From: a virus
Lineage: Duplodnaviria; Caudoviricetes
Strand: one strand, 5' to 3'
IMG/VR virus record: IMGVR_UViG_3300028048_000106
Span: 28,188-92,187 of that record
Length of the DNA stretch: 64,000 nt
Shown here: piece after piece, positions 55,744-64,000 of the stretch
Position numbering within the stretch: the stretch's first letter is position 1
Layout of the letters: every line of letters begins with the position of its first letter
Position numbers and translations under genes: made by a program
Notes under the pieces: model-generated
The model's input: only the letters and a program-made list of their open reading frames with translations
Databases searched by the model: none
What the model was told of the DNA's origin: nothing

Positions 55744-56217
55744 TCAGTCTTCCTTTGATATCTCTATCTCAATGTAAGAGTCAACCATCTTTGTCATCTT
55801 GTCGCACGGGTCATTGTCTTCACATGAGAAGTAGTTCATCTCAAATGGTATGCTGTACTTCAGCATTGTTGGAAAGCCTTTCTTCATCTTCTTGACATCA
55901 ATCTTTGCCAAGTCAGCATCAACTCTCTTCTTCAACTCAAGGCGCCCATTGTAGTATGCCTTTATCACATTGACTCTAGTGTCTGACAGCTTAGGCTCGC
56001 GGTTTGTGTCAAAGTCTTTCCTAATCTCTTTTTCAGTCAACTTCTTCTTTGGTGCATCTAAGAAGCCATCCAGTATCTGCTTGAATATCTTCTCATCATG
56101 CGCAACATACTCTTCAATGTTCCTGTGCTGTACAATAGAGCTCTTCTCTGGGCAGTCACTTGCCCAATATGGCTCTACAAAGTCATTGAACAACTTCACT
56201 CTATATCTTGTATTCAT
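55744..56217 (-). CDS. Hypothetical protein
   Basis: Intact ORF, GGAGG SD. Confidence 0.6.
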   Translation of the reverse strand: MNTRYRVKLFNDFVEPYWASDCPEKSSIVQHRNIEEYVAHDEKIFKQILDGFLDAPKKKLTEKEIRKDFDTNREPKLSDTRVNVIKAYYNGRLELKKRVDADLAKIDVKKMKKGFPTMLKYSIPFEMNYFSCEDNDPCDKMTKMVDSYIEIEISKED

Positions 56218-56229
56218 CTTGCCGCCTCC

Positions 56230-56766
56230 TCAATGGTTACTGTACACTCTGTAGAACTTAGGGTTATGCAGATGTGCAAAAGAGTCTCTCATGTCTTCTT
56301 CATCATTACTTTCATCATCGCCTCTTGGCTCATCTGACGCTACTACCTCAACAATATCGATGTCTTTCCACTGTGGCTCAAGGACCGCATAGAGTGCATC
56401 AGCAATCTCATTCTCAATGCTGTGCACATTCTCCAACTTAGCTGTTCGAGCTTCAGATCTGTCAAACTTAGCGTCAACATATGCTCGCTCATACTTTTCG
56501 ACAAGCTTTTTAACTGACTTAGGAAGTATGCCAAATGTCCCACTGCCAAAGTGCTTTGAGTAGTCTTCATCTGCAATGAACTTGACTGAGCTCGTTGACA
56601 TGTCTCTAAAATATCCCCAAGTGTCTCTTCTCCAGTTATGATGCAGAAAATCTCTAAGCTCAAGAGAGTAGTCATCTCCATACACTGCAATAGTGTCAAG
56701 GTCTTCTCTTGTGCAGATGAAGCTTGAGCTTGAGCTGTTGCTTACAAAATCACTTCTTGTCTTCAT
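56230..56766 (-). CDS. SNSSSSSF-motif protein 4
   Basis: MKTRSDFVSNSSSSSF. Confidence 0.75.
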   Translation of the reverse strand: MKTRSDFVSNSSSSSFICTREDLDTIAVYGDDYSLELRDFLHHNWRRDTWGYFRDMSTSSVKFIADEDYSKHFGSGTFGILPKSVKKLVEKYERAYVDAKFDRSEARTAKLENVHSIENEIADALYAVLEPQWKDIDIVEVVASDEPRGDDESNDEEDMRDSFAHLHNPKFYRVYSNH

Positions 56767-56786
56767 AGTTCAATATCCTCTACATC

Positions 56787-57227
56787 TTATTTCTCATACT
56801 TGGCTTTCAGTCGTCTAAGCAAATCTTTCTCTTCTGATTCCAGCCTAGCTTTGTCTCGAGCTTCTTCATCATCGCAAATTTTCTCATATTCCGCCTTATA
56901 GTCATATCCTTCGTCAAGCCATCTCAATGGAAATGAGATGTTCTCCATGTCATATGAGCAAGCTGTCATGCACTTCTCAGACTTGTAGTCAGTTGGACTA
57001 TGATAGTATAGATAAGTGTTTTCAATGAAGAACTCACTGCAGTCTTTGAAGTTAGGCTCGTATGTGTCCTGTATCACTTTCTCAATCTTATGCTTAATAG
57101 GGTCAACAAGCATGTCAATAGCTTTGACTTTGCTCTCTATTGAAAGGCCATCAAACAGCTTCTTGATCTTTGAGACAGCTTCTGCCTCTATTTTCTTGCT
57201 CTTAGCATCTTTATCTTCTTTTCTCAT
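56787..57227 (-). CDS. Hypothetical protein
   Basis: Intact ORF, ATGA overlap. Confidence 0.6.
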   Translation of the reverse strand: MRKEDKDAKSKKIEAEAVSKIKKLFDGLSIESKVKAIDMLVDPIKHKIEKVIQDTYEPNFKDCSEFFIENTYLYYHSPTDYKSEKCMTACSYDMENISFPLRWLDEGYDYKAEYEKICDDEEARDKARLESEEKDLLRRLKAKYEK

Positions 57228-57631
57228 TCTTCTGGAAACTCCAATGCGCCATAGTATGTAGTGTGGGCTTCTGGGTCTTCATATATCTTGAACTTCACAG
57301 GAGCTCCATCTACTGTGTCTGCCATCTTGTCAAATCTCTTCATGTACTGTGTGTCATGGTCTTCACCAGCATCGCACTTCACCCAATTGCCAACTTCAAG
57401 CTGAGTGATCTGCCTATTGTCTATGCCTTCTTTGCTCCAAGGGTCACTGGTGTACCAAGAGTCCCATCTACAGACTGCATCAAAGTCTTGGTACAGTGAC
57501 AAGCTCACTTCTCTTGAGTCAAACTTCTTGACAAGCTCCTTGAATGCTTCAACTGCTTCTTGAGTGTCTAGCTCAATGAAGAAGCTGCAGCTTGAGCTGT
57601 TTGAAACATAGTCAGTCCTGATCTTCATCAT
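57224..57631 (-). CDS. SNSSSSSF-motif protein 5
   Basis: MKIRTDYVSNSSSCSF. Confidence 0.75.
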   Translation of the reverse strand: MMKIRTDYVSNSSSCSFFIELDTQEAVEAFKELVKKFDSREVSLSLYQDFDAVCRWDSWYTSDPWSKEGIDNRQITQLEVGNWVKCDAGEDHDTQYMKRFDKMADTVDGAPVKFKIYEDPEAHTTYYGALEFPEE

Positions 57632-58583
57632 CTATCTCCTCTTCACCATCTTCTTGTGCAGCATGGCACGTGGCATCTGCCTTAGCTTTCTCTTCAGCAT
57701 ACTGCTTCTTTGTCATGACTTCTTTGCCTGCTTGCCAGACAGATCCATTCATGACATACTGCTGTCCAGTCTTGTCTGCACACTCTTGACAGAGATATGC
57801 AATCCATCCACGTGTTGTGCAGCGTGGAGAGTATGTGCTCTTGCTTGATATGTAATGTCCACAATGCTCACAGACATTGTAGCAGTCTTTCTCAGCTTTT
57901 GCCACTATGTCTCGCGCTTTGTCTTCAAGAATCTTTGAAATGCAATTCTGAGCATGTGATGGTTCGAAGTCAAACAGCCTAGATGGCCAATTCTCAATGA
58001 AATACCTTCTATCGAGAAGCCAGTCCATCAACTTGTGCTTTGTTGCCACAGAATGTGTCCTCTTATAGTGGTGGTATGTTGCTCTTCTTATGAACTTGCC
58101 ATCTTTCTCAAAGACTTCTACATTGCAGCAGTTCTTGTTTGCCTCTTTCTCTTTCTCAAACTCTTCTCGTGATGCAAGCTCTTTCTCAACAACCTCATCA
58201 TAAGCATCTTTGTCAAGGACTTCAACTCTCTTGAAGTCTAGCTTTGAGATCTTGTCAAAGATGCTATGGAAAAGCCTGTTCCATGCACACATCCACTTTG
58301 GAGGGTCTGCAACTATAGAGTAGTAGAAGTGCAGAGTTCCATACTTCTCTTTGACTTGGTCTGCTTGGACTCTGACTCTGAACTTAGGGTACATCAAGTA
58401 GTTCAATGCTTCTAGACGCTGTGAAGCATCGTCAATTGCATTGAGCCAACCATTGTTCACTTCAAGTCCCCAGCACATGCAAGTCTCTGTACATGGCCGA
58501 CTTCTCATGCAGTACAAAATCTTGTTGCTATGCAAGATGCTGTACTTCAAATTCTCTGCGTTTTCACTGCTCATCTTCATCAA
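57612..58583 (-). CDS. Conserved phage protein with Zn ribbon
   Basis: GW...QVKEKYGTLHFY...CEHCG...GW...CQEC. Confidence 0.7.
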   Translation of the reverse strand: MMKMSSENAENLKYSILHSNKILYCMRSRPCTETCMCWGLEVNNGWLNAIDDASQRLEALNYLMYPKFRVRVQADQVKEKYGTLHFYYSIVADPPKWMCAWNRLFHSIFDKISKLDFKRVEVLDKDAYDEVVEKELASREEFEKEKEANKNCCNVEVFEKDGKFIRRATYHHYKRTHSVATKHKLMDWLLDRRYFIENWPSRLFDFEPSHAQNCISKILEDKARDIVAKAEKDCYNVCEHCGHYISSKSTYSPRCTTRGWIAYLCQECADKTGQQYVMNGSVWQAGKEVMTKKQYAEEKAKADATCHAAQEDGEEEIDDEDQD

Positions 58584-59401
58584 GAATCTACTCCTCTTGG
58601 CGCATAGTCTTTAATGTCACATATGCAGTTTGACACAGTATCGCTGAGTCTTTCTGCACAGCTAGAACTGCCAAACAAGTCATGTACTTCTACAAACTTC
58701 GCGTCTTCATCGTCTTGCCAATTTGAGAAGCCTTTCCAATAGCTTTCATTTCTATAGTAGACATTGAATGTCATGTTCTTGTCTTTCAATACAAACGTCT
58801 CGCAGATGAGCTCATCATCAAACTCACCTTTAAGGTACTTCTCTACAGCTTCAGCTACTTTAGATTGGTCAAACACCTTGCAGATCTCTTTGCTCTTGTT
58901 GGCATTAGGTGCCTCTGCTCTGACAATGTACATTCCATCACCATTGTCTGCCCAATGGACCATGTCAGCGCTTATAGAGCTTTTCAATGGGACATACAGC
59001 CTAAATGCTCTGTCAGATGCTATTTCATGGAAGTCAATTGACATTGGCCCATCTATAGATGTCTCTGGCTCGCTCCAACGACTACTATAGCCTAGCTCTA
59101 GTTTTATAGAGACAACTTCAAGGCCATTCTTCAGACTAGGGTCAAGGTCTTTGAAGAACATGTTGTCAATCTTCTCAATGAACTCACAGACAACACTAGA
59201 GTTGAACTTGTGCTCACGATATGCTTTTGCAACCTTGATCAAGTAGTTGTCATCTAGACCATTGTCTACAGTCTCTTTCAAGTCAGCATTTGCAACATGC
59301 AGAAGCATATCAAGCTCAATCATAGCACGAGCAATCTCATTCTTCTTCTTGAAGTACTCTGCACGAGTCTTGTAGAACTTCTCTATCTTCTCAATGTCCA
59401 T
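58580..59401 (-). CDS. Hypothetical protein
   Basis: 273-aa intact ORF. Confidence 0.6.
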   Translation of the reverse strand: MDIEKIEKFYKTRAEYFKKKNEIARAMIELDMLLHVANADLKETVDNGLDDNYLIKVAKAYREHKFNSSVVCEFIEKIDNMFFKDLDPSLKNGLEVVSIKLELGYSSRWSEPETSIDGPMSIDFHEIASDRAFRLYVPLKSSISADMVHWADNGDGMYIVRAEAPNANKSKEICKVFDQSKVAEAVEKYLKGEFDDELICETFVLKDKNMTFNVYYRNESYWKGFSNWQDDEDAKFVEVHDLFGSSSCAERLSDTVSNCICDIKDYAPRGVDS

Positions 59402-59404
59402 AAG

Positions 59405-59809
59405 TCAATCTAGCGCTTTCTTCAAAGCATCTATAGAGTCTACTTCAATGATTGATGAGCTAGATGCATGAGACTCTACTATGACAGCTAGCCCTAAGTT
59501 CTCAATGTATAGAGCAACATCAGTCAATCCACAATAGCTATTGCCACCAATAAGCTTCTTTGCTGCAGCCTTGGCATCATGTGATGCACTCCAGTCAAGA
59601 CTAAGCTCATTGAACTCGCTGCTAAGAGACTTTCCAGTAGTAGCAGCTTTCACAAGACGTATCTCAAAGTCATGTGGAAACTTTAAACGTGCTGCATCAC
59701 CATCATATGGTGCAGTCTTCCATTCAATGACAGGCTTCTTCTTCAATAGACTGTATGTCTTCTTTGAAGCTAGAAGCATGACATCTAGTTTGTGCTGTGG
59801 AGATTTCAT
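59405..59809 (-). CDS. Hypothetical protein
   Basis: Intact ORF; ATG 6 nt after TACTAT. Confidence 0.55.
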   Translation of the reverse strand: MKSPQHKLDVMLLASKKTYSLLKKKPVIEWKTAPYDGDAARLKFPHDFEIRLVKAATTGKSLSSEFNELSLDWSASHDAKAAAKKLIGGNSYCGLTDVALYIENLGLAVIVESHASSSSIIEVDSIDALKKALD

Positions 59810-59821
59810 ATATAGATAGTA

Positions 59822-61057
59822 TCACATTGTGGTGCCATCTAAACTGTATATTGGGCAAGACTTGCAAGCTGGGCTCTTGCAGAAACGGACTTTCTCCACT
59901 TCATCTGAGTTCCACCAATCAGTAGCTGACTTGTAGTCTAGCACATTGATTGGCTTGATGAAGTCCGTGCCTTCTGCAAATGAGCAGCTCCAATACTCAC
60001 CTTTGACATTGATGTAGCTGCTGAGCTTTGAGCTCTCACAAGGCTCCGCACTTGCGCACAGCTCTGGCTTGTCTATTGCCTTCAGCACTTCCATCACAGG
60101 AGTAGCTGAGCAGCTGTCGAATCCAAAGCTTATGCTGTGCTCCATGCAGTATTTCACAAGCTCTTCATATATGCTGTATGGCACAGTGCAGTCCATCTTC
60201 TCTGCACGGCCTTTTGGCTTGATACGCAGTAGCACTACTGACTTAAGTCCATCAACTTTCTTTTCAGCAATGTCTTGAAGCACATCTCTCACATGTGGCA
60301 TGTTGTCTTTAGACACCACTATGTGCATGTTCACATGGAGGTCTCGCTTGTAGTGCTCTTTAGCATAGTCATGAAGCTCTTTTATAGTCTTGTAGCAGAG
60401 CTCCTTTGCTCCAATGTAGCAAGAGACTGCAACAGCTCCACAGTATCTGCAGAGCACGTCTTTCATGTGCTCATCCATGTCTGCGCCAACTGTAGTGACA
60501 TTTGGGATGATGCCAACTTCTCTGCAGTATGCAAACATCTTCTCAAGGTCAGGATTCGTCTTGAGGCCTGTTATGCCAAATGCAATCTGTGACAAGTTCT
60601 TTGGAAAGCTGTCTACAATCTGCTTGAATGTCTCAAAGCTCATGTTAGTTGGCTTTGCATTCGTGTTGTTCTTATAGCAGTACTTGCAGTTAGTGCTTCC
60701 AGGAACAGGGACGCAGCCATTGACACTCACTTCGAGGTCGAGGATCTCTGGACCAAGCGCACACCACTCAACATCTTCTTCAACTTCTCTGCCAAACCGT
60801 ATGTTCAAGCCAGTAGTCTTGCTGAAGAAGCAGTTGTAAGAGTGGTCTTCACAGAATGTCAACTTGAAGTTGTCTCCATGGTAGACTCTCCACTTCTTGC
60901 CAAGAACCGTGTAGTCATTGACAACTATGCCTTTAGGGTTAGATGACAGCATAGACAGCGCAACAGCATTGGCATATGCAGTGTGCCCACTCTGCTTGAG
61001 CTTCTTTGCCATCCAAGACAGCTCAATTGGAATTGCCTGCTTGACTTTCTTTTCCAT
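59822..61057 (-). CDS. Radical SAM enzyme with Twitch/SPASM-like C-terminus
   Basis: PEILDLEVS, CX8CX2C (CVPVPGSTNCKYC), KPKGRA, GFDSC, CES...YIN..G...CSF...CP. Confidence 0.85.
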   Translation of the reverse strand: MEKKVKQAIPIELSWMAKKLKQSGHTAYANAVALSMLSSNPKGIVVNDYTVLGKKWRVYHGDNFKLTFCEDHSYNCFFSKTTGLNIRFGREVEEDVEWCALGPEILDLEVSVNGCVPVPGSTNCKYCYKNNTNAKPTNMSFETFKQIVDSFPKNLSQIAFGITGLKTNPDLEKMFAYCREVGIIPNVTTVGADMDEHMKDVLCRYCGAVAVSCYIGAKELCYKTIKELHDYAKEHYKRDLHVNMHIVVSKDNMPHVRDVLQDIAEKKVDGLKSVVLLRIKPKGRAEKMDCTVPYSIYEELVKYCMEHSISFGFDSCSATPVMEVLKAIDKPELCASAEPCESSKLSSYINVKGEYWSCSFAEGTDFIKPINVLDYKSATDWWNSDEVEKVRFCKSPACKSCPIYSLDGTTM

Positions 61058-61064
61058 GACGGTG

Positions 61065-61358
61065 TCAGACTTCTAGGCTCACTGGCTTGCTCTTGTGCTC
61101 GTCAAGAGCTTTCCACTCTTCTTTGTTTGCTCTGACAAGGCCAAAGTATGTGTAGTCGCCAAAGTCAATGACAAGCTTGCGCTTCTTAGTGAACACTAGC
61201 ACACGGTCATACCACTGTATGCGGTACTTCTCCTGCGCCTTCTTTGACTTCTTCCACTTTGCAAAGTCTTTGTCCATCTTGTCAATCTGCTTAGCTGTGT
61301 ACTTCCCAATAGTCTCTACACGCTTGCCATCCATGCCTTTTGTTATTGTAAGTGTCAT
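61065..61358 (-). CDS. Hypothetical protein
   Basis: Intact ORF, AGGAG SD, TATAAT upstream. Confidence 0.6.
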   Translation of the reverse strand: MTLTITKGMDGKRVETIGKYTAKQIDKMDKDFAKWKKSKKAQEKYRIQWYDRVLVFTKKRKLVIDFGDYTYFGLVRANKEEWKALDEHKSKPVSLEV

Positions 61359-61399
61359 GTCTTTCTCCTTGACATCATTATATCATGTCTCTAGAGTTC

Positions 61400-62212
61400 T
61401 TAATCTTCAAGCCAATGGTTTTCTCCATAAAAGAACAAAACTACTACTATAGCAGTGAAGATAGACCAAATTGACCAAAATATGCATACTGCATAGCTAG
61501 TAGTGCAGTCTTCATATGCAGTCTTTAGATTTCTATCTTTCCAAAATGGTGTAGCATCTGATATAGTGCTATCTATGATCTTTGTGAACATGGTGCCATG
61601 CATCTTTGCTGGGACTACATAGAACACTATCCGCTTGTGCCATCCAATTGACACGGTTGCCTCTTTGTGGGAGCACCCTCCAAGGTCAAACTTTGATGCT
61701 AGAAACCTAGCTCCAGAGAAGTCAACATGCTTAGACTTCATTTGCTTGTGGTCATATCTGTCCCAACTCCAGTAAGTCTCTGTCCTAGTCCTAGAGTGAG
61801 ACCGCCCTTTGCTGTCAGTCACCGTGTAGTGGACAACTCTAGTGTGCATTGTGTACTTCTCATAAGAAGCATCAATTGCTAGCCACTCTCCATGAAGCTT
61901 CTCATGCTTCACTTTGTCTACTGCTTCAAGATCACCTTCAACAAATGCATGCCCAACATCTGTGTCAAGAGCAAGCTTGAACTCATCTGCATTGTTGTCT
62001 ATCTGTGCAGCTTGACGGTACATCAACTGCTTAGTGTGGACATGGTGCTCAATCTCGCTTGCTATGAAGAAGCCAACTACAGTCATTGCTCCAACAATCA
62101 AGAAAGCAAATATTGCTTCTCTTAGCGTGAGCTCCCACGTCCCAAAGTCAATAAGGACTATAGACCTTTTGCCTATAGCCCTTTGCTGTCGATGTCTGTA
62201 GTAGTAAGGCAT
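61400..62212 (-). CDS. Two-TM membrane protein (LemA partner)
   Basis: N- and C-terminal hydrophobic helices; TAATG overlap with lemA. Confidence 0.65.
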   Translation of the reverse strand: MPYYYRHRQQRAIGKRSIVLIDFGTWELTLREAIFAFLIVGAMTVVGFFIASEIEHHVHTKQLMYRQAAQIDNNADEFKLALDTDVGHAFVEGDLEAVDKVKHEKLHGEWLAIDASYEKYTMHTRVVHYTVTDSKGRSHSRTRTETYWSWDRYDHKQMKSKHVDFSGARFLASKFDLGGCSHKEATVSIGWHKRIVFYVVPAKMHGTMFTKIIDSTISDATPFWKDRNLKTAYEDCTTSYAVCIFWSIWSIFTAIVVVLFFYGENHWLED

Positions 62213-62754
62213 TAAAAGAGCTTCATTGACTTGTTGTCTTTCACGCTCTCATCGGCTTCATAGTAAGTGTATGGTTGGATCTCATATCCAGCAATTGAGA
62301 GCCAAAGACTTGCTGGAAATGAGCGGCAGTGGCGCTTGTAGTCTCTGACTTGCTCATTGTACGCCTTCTTGTGCTGTGCAAGATGGTTCTCAGTGAGAGA
62401 GATCTCAGTCATGAGCTGCTTGTAGTTTGCTTGTGACTTCAGCTCTGGATACCGCTCTTCAACACGGCTGAATGCAGCAATGCACTCTTTTGCTTGTGCA
62501 CCACTCATCTGCTTTCCGCGAGCAGTGATGACATCAACAAGAGCTTTGTACTCATGCGCATCATACTGCTTGACACACTCTGCAAGCTCTGTCAGCTTGT
62601 TGAACCTGTTAGAGAGCTGCACATCTATGCCTGACTGAGCAGTGTTCACATTCTCTTCAAGAGATATTGCAGAGTTCTTTGAGCTTATGACCATGACTCC
62701 AAGTATCATCACTATGCCAAGAATAGCAGCTCCAATTGTCAATGCTAGCTTCAT
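62212..62754 (-). CDS. LemA family protein
   Basis: N-terminal TM, LEENV, IDVQLSNR, YDAHE, ERYPELKS..NY..LM.E...EN, YN..V..Y...FP. Confidence 0.85.
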   Translation of the reverse strand: MKLALTIGAAILGIVMILGVMVISSKNSAISLEENVNTAQSGIDVQLSNRFNKLTELAECVKQYDAHEYKALVDVITARGKQMSGAQAKECIAAFSRVEERYPELKSQANYKQLMTEISLTENHLAQHKKAYNEQVRDYKRHCRSFPASLWLSIAGYEIQPYTYYEADESVKDNKSMKLF

Positions 62755-62807
62755 GTGTTTTCCTTTATGTTGTTGTATAACTACATTGTATCACAGTCGT
62801 CGCATTC

Positions 62808-63215
62808 TTAACCAGAAGTCTCAGTCTTTCCAGATGTAGTTATGCACATAGGGTACTGCAGCTTCCATGCATCAAATGCTCTTAGATGGTAGACTTCTTT
62901 TCCATCTTGATTGAACTCAGCATCATATGCTTTGGTGATCTTGTTCCAAATATGCCGCTGCCAAGTGACAGTTGCATCAAGATCAAGATACTTGCGTGCT
63001 ATCTCATCATCATTGATCAGGTTGTATGCTTCAGACACTAAGTCATATGCTCTCTTTAGCACTTCACTTGAATGCCCAATTTCTATAGCTTCTGTAGTAG
63101 ACAGCACTTCTACATCAACATTCTTCTCTGCATTTTGCACAGCAACAGCATCTTGTACAACACTGCCGTTTGCTATCTCTTCTATTCTCACTTCATCATT
63201 GTTTGTCATTTGCAT
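62808..63215 (-). CDS. Hypothetical protein
   Basis: Intact ORF, AGGAG SD. Confidence 0.55.
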   Translation of the reverse strand: MQMTNNDEVRIEEIANGSVVQDAVAVQNAEKNVDVEVLSTTEAIEIGHSSEVLKRAYDLVSEAYNLINDDEIARKYLDLDATVTWQRHIWNKITKAYDAEFNQDGKEVYHLRAFDAWKLQYPMCITTSGKTETSG

Positions 63216-63230
63216 CTCTCCTGCAGTATG

Positions 63231-64000
63231 TTAAACTGTGATCAAGTCCTTGCTCTTGAGATATGGTGTTGGGTCGAGAAGCCGCTTGTCCCTTTGTCCT
63301 TCCAATTGCCAACCATCGAGGTGGCATGTCTCTGTACGTAATTCAAGGTGGAGCATCGCCACCGAGTGGTTCCTGATGTCGGGCCTGTACTTCTCTGGCT
63401 TGAGAACTGGTGTGACATGTCCAATGCTCAAGCATGGATGCACCTTCTTGCCAACTTTCATGCTGTCTCTTGGCTTCGCAAGCTCGCCATATGTGACCAC
63501 ACCAGACTTACCCTCTACCTTTATGCACCAAGTTGGATTCCACCAATCACAATTTGCATTCTTGCCGGTGAACTCGTATACTGCAGTGATAACACCCGTT
63601 TCCACTGGATACACTTCTGCGCCATCGTGTGTGTAGATGTCCACTCCCTCATGGATGTCAAACTTGCGTATTGCTCCAAATGCGCCAGGCTCGTAGAACC
63701 TTGGAAGGTAGTCTCTGAACTTCTCCTTGCACTTTCCACGAATGAACTCATTGCTGTTTGCATCATATACGAATTTGCCGAACATGCCCTTGTCATTCTC
63801 TGACTGTCCATGGTAGGTTGGCGCACCAAGCAAGTCTTCCTGCTTGATGGGTTGATACCAGATATGTCCCTCCACTATGTTCTTGATTGTGGTGATGTCA
63901 GCGAGACCACCAATTCCAATTCCACCACAAGCGAGGTTCTTGACAGTTGGCTCTATGAATCTGACGAAGTCGAGGGAGTCGAGATATGCCCTGTTCTTCT
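63231..64000 (-). CDS. Flavoprotein (CoaC/HFCD-like) segment fused to M23 peptidase; 5' end beyond window
   Basis: Frame open to the edge: FIEPTVKNLACGGIGIGGLA then FGAIRKFDIHEGVD (HxxxD) and MLHLE. Confidence 0.65.
   Translation of the reverse strand, partial: KNRAYLDSLDFVRFIEPTVKNLACGGIGIGGLADITTIKNIVEGHIWYQPIKQEDLLGAPTYHGQSENDKGMFGKFVYDANSNEFIRGKCKEKFRDYLPRFYEPGAFGAIRKFDIHEGVDIYTHDGAEVYPVETGVITAVYEFTGKNANCDWWNPTWCIKVEGKSGVVTYGELAKPRDSMKVGKKVHPCLSIGHVTPVLKPEKYRPDIRNHSVAMLHLELRTETCHLDGWQLEGQRDKRLLDPTPYLKSKDLITV

Noticed and set aside
1-64000. Suppressor tRNA or release factor for the recoding
   Set aside because: None recognised by eye in this window; needs tRNAscan/ARAGORN and the rest of the genome.

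Overview
This window is a 64-kb segment of a large T4-like (jumbo) phage genome that reads TAG as a sense codon, most likely Gln (genetic code 15). That is why the supplied ORF track is fragmented. Re-reading TAG as Gln restores full-length portal (6301-8130), late sigma factor gp55 (9079-9717), tail terminator, large terminase (19644-21551), neck gp13, tail-fibre genes, two TnpB genes and a complete diversity-generating retroelement (target 47091-49472 with VR, accessory gene, Avd, TR, RT). Replication, metabolic and host-interaction genes (DNA pol end, guaC, PARP, clamp loaders, RNase H, dnaK/dnaJ, IF3, and the whole 52.3-64 kb minus-strand block) are TAG-free. Other signals: a GTAAATA late-promoter motif; many genes whose ATG lies 6 nt after a TAnnnT -10 box (leaderless mRNAs) alongside a divergent phage IF3; five proteins sharing an N-terminal MKxRxD(F/Y)VSNSSS(S/C)SF motif near an atypical radical SAM enzyme; 38-nt fused IS200/IS605 end elements; a WGR-PARP; and a CoaC-like/M23 fusion. 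No tRNA, rRNA or CRISPR array was recognised. All family calls are by eye from motifs; no searches were run.
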